A stretch of 64,000 nucleotides of DNA from Octopus vulgaris (lineage: Eukaryota). The position numbers and the translations under genes are program-made. Each line of letters starts with the position of its first letter. Within the stretch, counting starts at the first letter, position 1. The stretch is taken from contig OX597830.1 of assembly GCA_951406725.2 (NCBI GenBank), positions 17,484,001 through 17,548,000 on the forward strand, given 5' to 3'. Under the pieces are notes generated by a model. That model was not told the origin of the DNA and did not search any database. It saw only the letters and a program-made list of their open reading frames with translations. This document shows positions 1 through 13,034 of this stretch, in pieces.

Positions 1-518
1 CAGGTGTATACAGTATAATACATACACACGCACACAAACATGCACACGCATACAGACACACATATACCGACAGACAGACAGACAGACACACACATACATA
101 CACACACACACAGAGGCACATATTCGTCATTAAGAGTGAGAGGAAGTAGACATATTCCAAGATGGCATACGTTTGATAAGACAATCATTCGAACCGTCGT
201 TACAGTAATTATGTGTGAGTGTGTGTGTGTGAGAGAGAGAGAGTGTGTGTGCATATGCGTATATTTATGCACATATACATTATGCACATGTCCTTGTGTA
301 TGAATGCATACATGCATACATACATACATACATACATACATACATACATACATACATACATACATACATACATACACACATAAATATATGTATATATACA
401 TTTACGTACATGTTCTCTCTTTCTATATATATTTACATATAAGTGTGTGTGTGTGTGTGTGTTCGTGTGTGTATATATGCATGTATGTATATTTATATAT
501 ATATATATATATATATAC

Positions 519-551
<33 letters not shown>

Positions 552-577
552 CTTATATATTATTAACAGAGACAAAC

Positions 578-638
<61 letters not shown>

Positions 639-826
639 CATACATATATGTATAAATATATATATATGCTATTGTCACCGATATATATATTTATGACCCT
701 GATATATGCCAAGGCTTGAAACTTGCGTCCTTGACTGACTGCTACTGATTAATAATACAGACGTATATACACTCATGTTTTGAGATCTATTTCCTGTCTT
801 GCATCACCAACCCTGTGTATATATAT

Positions 827-937
<111 letters not shown>

Positions 938-1238
938 GTAAACGTACATAAACACTCACAAAATATAAGAATAGCTATAGATCTCTATCACTCATTCTTT
1001 CTTGTTCTGTATCCACTCGATGTAAATATGCACAGTAATATGTGCAGCTGCACTCAAGCAATCATGCACCGTTTTATGCATCAACAATTGCATATTTTTA
1101 ATACCAAGGTTGATGCACAGCTCTGTACTTGCGCATGAGTTTAATTACGTCTGTATCTTGCCTATATGAATATACTTACATAAACACAGACACTCATATA
1201 TAAATATACATATATAATCTCTCTCTCCTCTCTCTCCC

Positions 1239-1293
<55 letters not shown>

Positions 1294-1492
1294 CCAGTTT
1301 GGTTGAGGGGAACTGGAAAAACAGAATTCAAAATATGGGTACATATACATTTTTTTATTGATATTTGGCAGAAGTGACTCAAAGGCTGAGTTTCATGCCA
1401 CCGCACGAAACTCTCAGCCCTCGAGTCACTTTTTGCTGTTGCTGAATATGAAAACACACGCACACATTTGTGTGTGTGTGTATATATATATT

Positions 1493-1684
1493 TATCGCCA
1501 TGATAGATCGTTAGCCACTACACACATTTTTTTCTCCTTGTTTTTTCCGTGTCCCTTTCTGTAGAAGAGCGTAGACTCGAAACGTAAAAGACTTATTCTA
1601 TTCCTGAGCGTTATACTAATACATCTGTTTGTTTTGTACACCACCTGTCATCGTCTTTTGTTTTTTTTCCGTAAACTCTCCCTA
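1493..1684 (+). mobile_element. Short non-autonomous PLE-type element with HHR-like motif (1555-1590)
   Basis: cttt-CTGTAGA-A-GAGCgtagACTC-GAAA-CG-TA-aaag; homologous inverted copy at 8566-8760; flanked by (TA)n. Confidence 0.6.
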
Positions 1685-1724
1685 TATATATATAAAACTA
1701 TATATATCTATATATAAACGATGA

Positions 1725-2013
1725 ACATCGCCCTTTTCAAGCCTAGCCAGGTTCACGGGCCCGGTTTCCCGGTTTCTGTGGCGTATGTATTTCCTCCAGC
1801 TGGACGGGACGCCAGTCCATCGCAGCGTTACTCAAGAAACAGGAAGAAAGAGAGTGAGAGAAAGTTGTGGCGAAAGAGTACAACAGGGGTCACCCCGCCC
1901 TGCCTTTTAGGTGTTTTCGCTCAGTAAACACACCCAACGCCCGGTCTGGCAATCGAAACCACGATCCTCCGACCGCGTATCAGCTGCCCTAACGACTGGG
2001 CCATTGCGCCTCC
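1725..2013 (-). mobile_element. tRNA-derived SINE family A (octopus OR-type), full length
   Basis: Minus strand starts ggaggcgcaatggcccagtcgttagggcag with A box and B box (ggtttcgattgcc); close homologue of 58944-59253. Confidence 0.9.
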
Positions 2014-2046
2014 ACTATAACTGTAACTCTCTCTCTCTCTCTCTCG

Positions 2047-2109
<63 letters not shown>

Positions 2110-3234
2110 TATATGAATGGAAACATTTTGCTGTTTTGCAGAAGTGTTCAAACTTTAAATTTTCCTGACCTATCTCTTTTTCCTGTTTCTTCCCTGTTTC
2201 TTCTTTTCCTTTTCTCTCTTCTTCCTCCCTCTGCTTTCTTTCATCTTCTTCATTTCATCTTTTACCTCCTTCCATCTTTCCTTTTCGAATAGTCCATTAT
2301 CCTGCTTCCTGGACCAATCTTTGTTTCACGTTTCTCTTCTCCTTTTTCACTTCTCACTCCCATTCCATTCTACGTCTCCCTCCGTCCTTAACCCCCATCA
2401 AATGCTTTTACATGTCCTTCTAAAAACAAATGATATAGTCAATCTTCATTTGTTAATAGAAGGGGATTGAAGTGGCAGTATTACCCCCTTCCCTTTAAAA
2501 ATAAGATGTGTTTGCTAACGAGATGAGCATTTCAAAAAGTATGACAAATGCCAATTAAACCCTTTTTTATTTTTCGATTCTGGTTTCTAACTTTTGGAGG
2601 CTCAATATTTTCATAAACTTTTTCTGTAAAACAACAATCTTTTTGAGAAAAAATTTAAAGATCTTGTTGGATCCATTTTCCATAAAACAGAAAAAAATAT
2701 TCCATTTAAATTTCTTGCTTTTTTAGATTATGTTATATGATTTATTACTTAGATTACTATTCAAATATCATTGCTATCGTTAGCCCAATTTTTGGTTCAC
2801 CCCTCCATACCACGTTGAGGTGATTGTTGGTTTTTATGGGGGAAAAGCCACCACTAATTTTTAATTTCTATTTTATAATTATCCTTTAGGCCTGTTATTT
2901 CATTACAATTAAGTTTCTTCAAAAAACAAAACTACGATGTTCATAATTTTGGAAGGAAAATTAGCATTTTAAGAAGTAATTTTAGTATCATTAATAGTAT
3001 TCTATTAGTCAACATCAGTGTTTTACAATTGCAAATATAATGCCCAAAATCAATTGCTTCTAATGGATGCATAATAGCAGATTACGGAGTTATAGTCAAG
3101 GCTCATCTGAGTTCGACCCAACATTTCGTTGGGTCAAGCACTAAACGTGATTGACCAATACATTCGTTTAATTTGAGTATAATATACATGTGTTACATAA
3201 ATATATACGTTACTTTGTACATAAAACATATCTG

Positions 3235-3425
3235 ATTGTTTAGCCCCAGACCACTCCTGAGCTAGCAGACGCACGATCAAAAGTGTTCCAGCTTGACCAG
3301 TTCTTCTGTATTACTGATACAGTACGTCTAGAAATACATCATCAAATGCGTTTTTCTAAGACACAGTAGGATGTGATTTAAAGGCAATCTGGTGGCTATT
3401 TCTAGCAGGTCGAGCGACCACGTTG
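3235..3425 (+). repeat. Old dispersed repeat; diverged copies at 38950-39125 (+), 44280-44420 (-), 48690-48775 (+)
   Basis: Shared degenerate motif gat(t/c)tgg..gctatttctagca.gt.ga.cgacca seen by eye. Confidence 0.45.
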
Positions 3426-3639
3426 TCTCACATAACAACACCTGTACCTCCCTCTGTTCACGCTTTTCAGGTTACCCTCGAGCTCAATGAAAAGGAAGAA
3501 GAGTACTAAATTAAGGAATTTATGAGAATTCGAATATGGTGTTAATTAAATTTGACCTGTCGATGATCACCGGAAAGGGACAAGACATAACCAGAGAGAA
3601 GACATGACCCGGTGGGCGGTTTAACTTTTCCTAGTGTTG

Positions 3640-4035
3640 TGAGGTAGAGAGGAATAGGCAGAGTAGACAGGAAAGAAAGGGTAGTAAAGCATGTCCAGGA
3701 GATAGAGGAGGAAGTGTAAGAGAGAAAGAAAGGAAGTTACAGCAGTAGGAGGAGGAGGAAGAGTGTAAGAGGGAAACGCAAACGAAAAGAGAGAGAAAGA
3801 GAGAGAAAGACAGCGTTAGAGATAAACAGATAGAGAGACAGAAATAGAGAGAGGGAGAGAGAGAGAACGAGAGACAGAAAGATAGATGTATAGAAAGGGG
3901 AGAAATCGTGGGTAGACAGGAAGATTGATACAGAATTGACAGAAAGGAAAGGAGAATAAGTTGAAAAGAGAGTAAACAAATATAGAAAGAGGAAGAATGG
4001 AAGAGAGAAAAGCAAACATAAGAGACAGAGGGAAA

Positions 4036-4075
<40 letters not shown>

Positions 4076-4200
4076 CAGACAGAGAGAGAGAGAGGCAGAC
4101 AGACAAACAGAGAGATAGATAGATAGATAGATATATAAAGAGGGGATGACTGATAGAAAGGAGAGGAGAATAAATAGGAGGGAGAGAGAGAGATAGATAG

Positions 4201-4267
<67 letters not shown>

Positions 4268-4345
4268 GAGTGAGAGATAGTAAATAAACATAGAAAGAAG
4301 TGTGTAAGAGGATAGGAAAGATTAAGAAAATAGAGAAATGAGCGA
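3640..4345. repeat. Purine-rich low-complexity tract with (GA)n and (GATA)n
   Basis: Direct inspection. Confidence 0.9.
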
Positions 4346-4556
4346 AATATCAATACGAAGAGGTTCTTGAGTAAAGAGTGTTATAAATATTTTATTATTA
4401 TCATAATAATTATTATGCTATGGAAATAAAAGTTATAATATAACGAATAATTTAAAATAAAGTATATGTAATTTTAACCAAGTTTAAGAAAGTTAAAAAA
4501 TTGAAAAAAAAATCGATATTTCCAAAGCATGGCGAGGTTACGGAATTAATCGACGC

Positions 4557-4639
4557 TCCTTTGAGCTTGATCCAGTATTTTGTTGGGTCAAGCACGTTTA
4601 GTGCTTGACCGAACAAAATACTGGATCGAGCTCAAAGGA
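4557..4639. repeat. 83-nt near-perfect hairpin (39-bp arms, GTTTA loop); partial inverted copy at 3107-3160
   Basis: tcctttgagcttgatccagtattttgttgggtcaagcac-gttta-gtgcttgaccgaacaaaatactggatcgagctcaaagga. Confidence 0.85.
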
Positions 4640-4657
4640 TCGGAACAGTTTACTGGA

Positions 4658-5026
<369 letters not shown>

Positions 5027-5132
5027 AGTAATCTGTTCCGTGAAGATAAGATCAACATCTGGTATTATGATAATACCAGATAAATAGTGGTCAATCAACA
5101 CACACACACAAATAAATATGTATATATGTATG

Positions 5133-5443
5133 TTTCATCAGGCGGTTTAAACCTCGCCAAGATAAATATTTAAACCACCTGATGAATGACTGTGACTCGA
5201 AAATTTGAAGAAGTTAGCAGCCATGAAACGATCGTAGTGTGATATTAATTATATTTTTTTAAATAATTTTGTTATATATTTAAATAATATAAATTAAATA
5301 ATCTTATGTATTGGCTTAAGTTTTTCATTGTTTGATTTGCCTAATAGTGGTTTTGTCTCTAATTTAATATAATATAATATTTTACTATAAAATTGGATTC
5401 AATCCTAAATCTGATTTTTCCCTGTAAGTTTGGATTTATTCCC

Positions 5444-5452
<9 letters not shown>
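5133..5452 (+). mobile_element. Non-autonomous PLE-type element with short inverted 5' segment; 3' tail shared with 20290-20365
   Basis: 5133-5150 is an inverted copy of 5169-5186; contains HHR; tail ttttccctgtaagtttggattta recurs near 20330; ends in (TA)n. Confidence 0.65.
5175..5241 (+). ncRNA. Type I hammerhead ribozyme motif (canonical core)
   Basis: cac-CTGATGA-atgactg...cagccat-GAAA-cgatcg-TA-gtg; palindromic short stem III; GUA cleavage triplet. Confidence 0.8.
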
Positions 5453-5532
<80 letters not shown>

Positions 5533-6153
5533 ATATATTTATATATATGAATATATATGTATATTGACTCCATGTATATCCGGTATTGCTTAAATGAGGA
5601 AGATAACTCTGATGATAATCTAATCAGGTTCTAAAATTGATTAAGGCTGTTCGCCATTTTTTCATTCTTCGGAGAAGTTAAATTTTCCCTGTTTATATAT
5701 TTGCTGCATGGATTACGTACAATGTATACACATATATGCATGTTGTATAAAACACCATTCATACTGGTAGTCAACGCCCCAGCTCATATATATATATATA
5801 CTCATATTCATCCATTATCTTCAATATTATTTGACGAATGACACCGTGGGTGCGAAGTGATCAATTGATATGATTTCGTCTTTGTTTGTCGTTTGGCTGA
5901 AACATTCGTAAGCTGAACGTAAGCATGAAATATTTATTTATGTACAATATATTGCAAGTTAATTCTATGATTGATTTAGTTATATCTTTCAATCCAGCTG
6001 CCATTTAACATTCAGTCCAATTACACAACTTCGATAAAATTACATAGGTGTCTGTTTATCTAGAATACTCTTCTCCAGACACAAAGATAACGTTTAATTA
6101 TTTTTTTCCTCTCTGTTGTCTGAAATCTGCAACTTTCTGTGTCTATCACACAA

Positions 6154-6232
<79 letters not shown>

Positions 6233-6376
6233 TGCATGTATATATATATATATACACGTATATATATGTATGTATGTATATATATACACGTATATATATA
6301 TGTATGTATATATAAGCATACATGTATATATACGCACATGTATAAAAAATATACTTATATATACATATACATAAAT

Positions 6377-6419
<43 letters not shown>

Positions 6420-6423
<4 letters not shown>

Positions 6424-6531
6424 CCTGCTCGCTTAGCCAGCGGGGTGGCGTCATTCGAAGGCTAAAACAATGCGAACGCATTGTGACCAGCGATGTGTAA
6501 CAACATCTGATGGTCTGGTCGGTCACGTGAT

Positions 6532-6540
<9 letters not shown>
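6420..6540 (+). mobile_element. Isolated alternative 3' tail of SINE family A
   Basis: Matches 46185-46315 (-), where this tail is joined to the SINE A body. Confidence 0.75.
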
Positions 6541-6584
<44 letters not shown>

Positions 6585-6659
6585 TATACAGAGGCAGCTA
6601 TGCGGATAAATACAATATATGAAATACCACAGCTTCTGTTGTATTTAACATATATTCTG

Positions 6660-8519
6660 TCTGCGCAAAAATGTGGTCTACAAGTGCCGAGTAATAACAC
6701 CACACTCCCACCAAGCGGGGGTCTATATCGGCAGCACCGCCACCGAGCACATATGAACTGTTTCTCCAATCCAAATTCTAAAGTATCTACCTCTTTAGCA
6801 ACTTATATTCTTTTTCTGCGCCCCTTTCAAGCCTAGCCAGGCTCATTGGCCCGGTTTCCTGGTTTCTGTGGCATATATGTTCCCCCCAGCTGGACGGGAT
6901 GCCAGTCCATCGCAGTGTTACTCAAGAAACAGGTAGAGAGAGTGAGAGGAAGTTGGGGCGAAAGAGTACAACAGGGGTCGCCACCACCCCATGCCGGATC
7001 TTCGTGGAGCTTTTAGGTGTTTTCGCTCAATAAACACACACAGCGCCCTTCTGGGAATCGAAACCGCGATCCTCCGACCGCGAGTTTGCTGCTCTAGCCA
7101 CTGGGCCATTGCGCTTTCAGCAACTTATATACACAACCTCAAATCCCAAAATGTTCCCTATGCTTTATTCTGGTCCATCGCAAGTGAGGCTCCCCCATAC
7201 AACAGAAACCTCGGCATTTGTAAATTGTGTTCAAGGGAATCGCTAACCGTCCTTCTCAACCACAAGCCCTCATTACTTAATAGATTCTCAGATGTAATAC
7301 TTTCTTGTAAACACAGATTTACTCATCATTCGCCCAATTTATTAAATCTTTTTAATCCTATAACTATGATTATCTTTAATTGTAATTAAAGTTGGGGTAC
7401 AATTAAGTTAGCTTAGCAACTTATGCCCTTCACTAATACCACCCTTTCTACTAAAGTAATCCTTCTAATGATTACCTTTCCAAATTCTTCTTACCCACCT
7501 CATCCCACCACCCTCATGGCTTTTCCATTCTTACAAGTTATATTCTTTCCCCTTTCTCTCATTTTTCCCATTCAACCAAAAGCACTTACAAATACCTCAC
7601 TAGCTACTGACCTATCAACCCTTCCCCCTCTCTATTCACCTCCCTTTATTCAATTTAATACATCTCTGCATACTGAGGTATGCAGAGATGTATACCTTAG
7701 TATATACATACCTTAGTAACCCCCCTCCGCCGCCAAATAGACACTTTCCCTCCCTTAAATAATTGCCATCCCCTTTATCATTATCTTAAGTTCCAATATT
7801 TTTACAGCGATTATCCCTAAATTTTGACACATACACAAACCCAACAACTGACTCCTCTTCAATTACTATCTGTCCAATCCATCCCACTCATCTCTCAACT
7901 CTCCACCTCCCTTAATACCCTCATTATTAACCCCCCCTCTTCATAAACTAGCTCCCTTACCTCCTCTCATCATTCCTTGTCTTAACACTCTCCATAACCC
8001 CGCCGACCTTCCTACTTTCTCCCTCTAATACTGCTTGCTCTCCGCATTTAATCATTCCACCTTTGAACTTCTCTGCACTATAATCTGAAATGGATGGCCT
8101 CTTCTACCCTAATAACGGAGGCTCCATTTATCCAATGTCGATTGTTTCCATTACGGCTTGCATATTGTGATGAACTACATCTACCAACATTATGATGGAT
8201 CTCCGAGCTCTCCGGAAACAACTGTTGGGCTTCCTTCCCTTTAATTTTCTCTCTCGTTTGTATTTTGTGTAAGTTTTAATATTAATATATTTATTCTCAA
8301 ATATTCATTTTGTGAAAGTTATTGTTTTCTCTCGTTTTACATCTATACATATATGCATATTGTATTCTATACCCAAGTGGTTGTATCTAATATGTTTCAT
8401 TTGTTTATCAGCATAATTACCTCCATATTTGTTCAACTTGATCCCTCTTAGCCCAGGGGAATTGATTCCCTGAAAAATCTAAGTTTGAATCATTTGAGCT
8501 CTACTGGATCTCATCTGTT

Positions 8520-8522
<3 letters not shown>
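6660..8522 (+). mobile_element. Penelope-like element 3' remnant: GIY-YIG endonuclease pseudogene (6660-7330, split by a SINE) plus pyrimidine-rich 3' region
   Basis: NVVYKC...GVYIGST...[12 protein letters not shown]...WSI...PPYNRNLGICKLCSRE...LLNRFSDVILSCKHR, typical PLE GIY-YIG with Cys/His tail; 3' extent is inferred. Confidence 0.8.
6809..7118 (-). mobile_element. SINE family A, full length, 12-bp TSD
   Basis: TSD agcaacttatat at 6797-6808 and 7119-7130; tRNA-like head on minus strand. Confidence 0.93.
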
Positions 8523-8565
<43 letters not shown>

Positions 8566-8570
<5 letters not shown>

Positions 8571-8760
8571 GAATTTACAAGAAAACAAGACGAAGACGGG
8601 TGTGTAAACAACAAACAGATGTATTAGTTTAACGCTCGGGAAGTGAGAAAGTCTTTTACGTTTCGAGCCTACGCTCTTTGACAGAAAGGAACGCAGAAAT
8701 AAACAGGGAGAGAAAATAAAATAGGTTTAGTGGCTACCGATCTATAATGGCGAATGCCGA
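8566..8760 (-). mobile_element. Second copy of the 1493-1684 HHR-like element (motif 8653-8688)
   Basis: Minus strand cttt-CTGTCAA-A-GAGCgtagGCTC-GAAA-CG-TA-aaag. Confidence 0.6.
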
Positions 8761-9359
8761 TGCATACATATATATACACACACAAGTACATATATGCATA
8801 TACATACATGCATATATAGGTCTCTGGATATATGCGAAAATGGGGCATTATATACACTATATATACATTATAAATGTATATATTCATGTGTAAAAATGGG
8901 AGTAAAAAATGAATTTATCCACTATTTCTGTAACACTTTCGCATATATCCAGAGACCTAAAATAACGTTACAAAATACCCATGTTTGAAACAGGATATAA
9001 GTTTATAAACAAACTCAGCCTCCATAAACAACAAAGGTTGAAATCTTTATATTCTAATGAAATTGCTCACAGAATATCTAAGGAGAAACATACAGACCAA
9101 CAACCTCTACACATAACCAAATCCTTTTGTGAACATCAAAGCACGCAAGAAACAATTTTCTATACTAAAAACGCCTTGACATGCCTGACTAATTTCCACT
9201 AACTTTCATAGGAAATACCCAAAATAACAACTACAATAAGTAAAGAAAATGACCAGCTTAAATATACCACATACTTACATTCTTTTGTGAACCCCTAAAA
9301 CAGTTTATTACAAAACGTTGACTTTAAATACTAGACTTTGTACCTTTGACCTTTACATT

Positions 9360-9830
9360 CTTTTCTACTCTAGGCACAACACCCTAGATTTTTGTGGGAG
9401 GGGGCAGTCGACAGAATCGACTCCAGTACGCAACTGGTACTTAATTTATCGACTCCGGAAAGACGAAAGGCAAAGTCGACCTCGGCGGTATTTGAACTTA
9501 GAACGTAGCGGCAGACGAAATACCGCTAAGCATTTCGCCCGGCGTGCTAACGTTTCTTATTTCTTTATTGCCCATAAGGGGCTAAACACAGAGGGGACAA
9601 ACGGAGTCGATTACATCGACCCCAGTGCGTAACTGGTACTAATTTAATCGACCCCGAAAGGATGAAAGGCAAAGTCGACCTCGGCGGAATTTGAATTTTG
9701 CTTTTCATCCTTTCGGGGTCGATAAATTAAGTACCAGTTACGCACTGGGGTCGATATAATCGACTTAATCCCTTTGTCTGTCCTTGTTTGTCCACTCTGT
9801 GTTTAGCCCTTTGTGGGTAGTAAAGAAATA
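9360..9830. mobile_element. Cluster of three fused SINE family B fragments (9360-9553 -, 9554-9697 -, 9698-9830 +)
   Basis: Central block ttgc(c/t)tttcatcctttcggggtcgataaattaagtaccag present three times in the stated orientations. Confidence 0.9.
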
Positions 9831-10196
9831 GGTACCATTTGAAGCATTATTTTGCCACTAAGGATAATATCAGGAAATATGGCGTATGTAAAATAATTAT
9901 GATAAAGATTTTATCGAATTACTTGGTGCTTATGCGAAATAATGAAATAAATGCTAATTTCCCCAAAATAATATTTATTACCTTAAAATTAAATAAAACA
10001 AATTTTTCATTTACAGTTTTTAGCATTTACTTATTCCTTTTGCTTACTCAGGAGATAAAGTTCATTTTGCATCTGATTCAATGTCGCAGTTAGATATATT
10101 CTTAACGTAAGAAGATCACCTTATTTTTTTCCCAAAGCAATCATCATTATCTCGCGTTTGAGGTGTGTGTATTTCTGTGTATGTGCTTGTATGTGT

Positions 10197-10236
<40 letters not shown>

Positions 10237-10264
10237 AAACGGTGTGGTGTGTGTGTGTATATAA

Positions 10265-10319
<55 letters not shown>

Positions 10320-10594
10320 CGGTGTGGTGTGTGTGTGTATATAAGTGTGTGTGTGTGTGTGTGTGTGAGGGAGAGAGAGAGAAAACGATGTGGTGTGTGT
10401 TTGTATGTGTGAATTTCCATAATATGAAATGAACTGGGAGAGTAAAATTGCTTTCTATTTCTTTTTTTTATCCTTTGAGTATAAACTATGAAATAAAGCG
10501 AAAACGTATTTTTCTCAATGATGTGATCGCCAAGATACAAACACAATATGCATATGTATATGCGCCATTAAGATTTTTTAAAATGTTAGTCGGC

Positions 10595-10771
<177 letters not shown>

Positions 10772-10782
10772 ACACTCACACA

Positions 10783-10817
<35 letters not shown>

Positions 10818-11166
10818 ATCAGCTCACATTTTCGTTCCATACAAGAATATACTTACGTATGTATCCGCTATAACTACTCTGGCATTTATTCACTCACCTC
10901 CTCCTCTGTCTCTAAGGTTCTTTCTCTCACTGTGTGTAGCTCTCTCTGTGTTTTACTCATTACCTCACACCAAGCCCAGCTTGTACACTCATCCTGTATC
11001 TCTCTCTTACTCTCTATTCGACACTCTCTCTGTACGAGATAAAACGTTACTGGAAATTTCAACCAACAAACCAACATCTTTTCACTTAACCCCTCTGATG
11101 TCTTTCTGTCCAATAACACAGTACTTGTTCCACGTCCACGCGTTGTTGTTTTTTCTTGTTTGGATT

Positions 11167-11212
<46 letters not shown>

Positions 11213-11544
11213 GGGTGGGATTTCCTGTATTTACATACGTATGTATGCATACGGGTGTATCTTTTACTGGTTTAGTTTTTTCGAATTTTTGGCCAATGAA
11301 GTCAGAGCTTGTTTCTGGTCAAGAAATCGGCATTTTCGTTTTCTATCGAGTTTTCAATATTTTTTAATGTGTTAAGGTGGATGTACTTGCATGAATGCAT
11401 ACATACATGCACATACATACATACATACATACATACATACATACATACATACATACATACATACACACATACGTACATACATACATACATACATACATAC
11501 ATACACAGATATATGTATATTATGTATATATAAATATATATATG

Positions 11545-11585
<41 letters not shown>

Positions 11586-11702
11586 ATATATGCATACATA
11601 CATATATATGTATATATACACACAAACACGCATAAAGAGGAATTCGGTATCTGTCTGATATTATATCCCACCTCTTACTATAAATATATATATATGTGTG
11701 TG

Positions 11703-11754
<52 letters not shown>

Positions 11755-12217
11755 ACTAACTGACCCAGCACCAATCTTTGGAAACTGGGGGCTGTACAAA
11801 AGTAGAAAGAACAAGGCTAATTAGGAAACCATAGCTACCAGCCATGGATGGTTCTGTGGAAATATGAAAAGATATTCCAGAAGTTGAAGGACCTGTAAAC
11901 ATTTGTGGGTGTTCACATGGATAAACGAAAACATATAAATCCAAACATGCAAGGACATCTATGCGTGTAAACATGTATGCCTGTTCATATGCGTATACAC
12001 ATGTTTGTACCCTTATATACATACATGAGCACATGTATACATAAATGACTGCTCGTAAATCCCTGCTTTTTTTCCATTGCAGAGAAATTCAAAAACTAAG
12101 ACATGTCAACTATATATATATTTGCATGCATACACACACGTATTGAAAGAAAGAGGACACTATATTACTGGTATTATTTTGGAGTTCTACAGTTTGGAAA
12201 TTTGAAACTAAAACTTA

Positions 12218-12614
12218 GCAGGAGTGGCTGTGTGTTAAGTAGCTTGCTTACCAACCACATGGTTCCGGGTTCAGTTCCACAGCGTGGCACCTTGGGCATT
12301 TTTCTTCTGCTATAGCCTCGGGCCGACCAAAGTCTTGTGAGGGGATTTGGTAGACGGAAACTGAAAAAAGCCCGTCGTATATATGTATGTTTGTGCATAT
12401 GTTTGTGTGTGTGTGTTTGTACCCCCCAACATCGCTTGACAACCGATGCTGGTGTGTTTACGTCACCGTAACTTAGCGGTTCGGCAAAAGAGACCGATAG
12501 AATAAGTACTAGGCTTACCAAGAATAAGTCCTGGGGTCGTTTTGCTCGACTAAAGGCGATGCTCCAGCATGGCCACAGTCAAATGACTGAAACAAGTAAA
12601 AGAGTAAAAGAGAG
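12218..12614 (+). mobile_element. tRNA-derived SINE family C, full length (~400 bp, internal TA/TG tract)
   Basis: A box tggctgtgtg, B box ggttcagttcc; tail tgactgaaacaagtaaaagagtaaaagag; near-identical copies elsewhere in the window. Confidence 0.92.
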
Positions 12615-12624
12615 TATAGCAAAA

Positions 12625-13000
12625 TTAGTTATGACAGACTAGCGAACAAAGCCAGAAGAGAAGAGAGGTACAGTCAAATTGCAAACTGTTTCGTTGTAGA
12701 GAATGTAAAGAAGACTTTCTAAAGAAATTTCACCAAAGGCGACGAAACGCAGGTGAACGGTTTCTATGACGAAATAAATGTAGAACTCTTGGGGTTTGAC
12801 TCATTGCCATCGCACCCAAAATTACGTATGAATCGCTAAAACGTGAAGGTGATGTGGATTGTCTGTTTTGTTCAAAAGTGCGCCATTCATCAAAAGTTTG
12901 TTCCGCATCATTTGATGTTCGTAAAACTGTTTCATTTGGATGCCCAAAAGCGTTTCAGATAAGCAATGAGAAGACAGAAATATGGACGGACAAAGTCTAG
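12625..13000 (+). pseudogene. Mariner transposase fragment 1 (decayed)
   Basis: DFLKK..GDETQV and PKLRMNR*NVKVMWIVCF..CAIHQKFVP resemble mariner TGDETW and KVMLIVFFD..GIVH.EFVP motifs. Confidence 0.65.
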
Positions 13001-13034
13001 ATGTTTTACTACGACAAAGTAGTTGTTAATGTGT

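Noticed and set aside
695-735. Further weak HHR-like motifs (695-735, 5830-5915, 8180-8230, 42589-42635, 57495-57530, 60005-60110, 60181-60225)
   Set aside because: Each has only part of the core or unconvincing stems; they may be decayed copies but are not supportable individually.
2450-2960. DNA-transposon-like terminal fragments (also 11205-11365, 33530-33990, 57655-57850)
   Set aside because: Composition is suggestive, but no matching TIR pair or TSD could be identified.
10186-10405. CRISPR-like repeat-spacer pattern
   Set aside because: Spacers are simple repeats, the context is eukaryotic and there are no cas genes.
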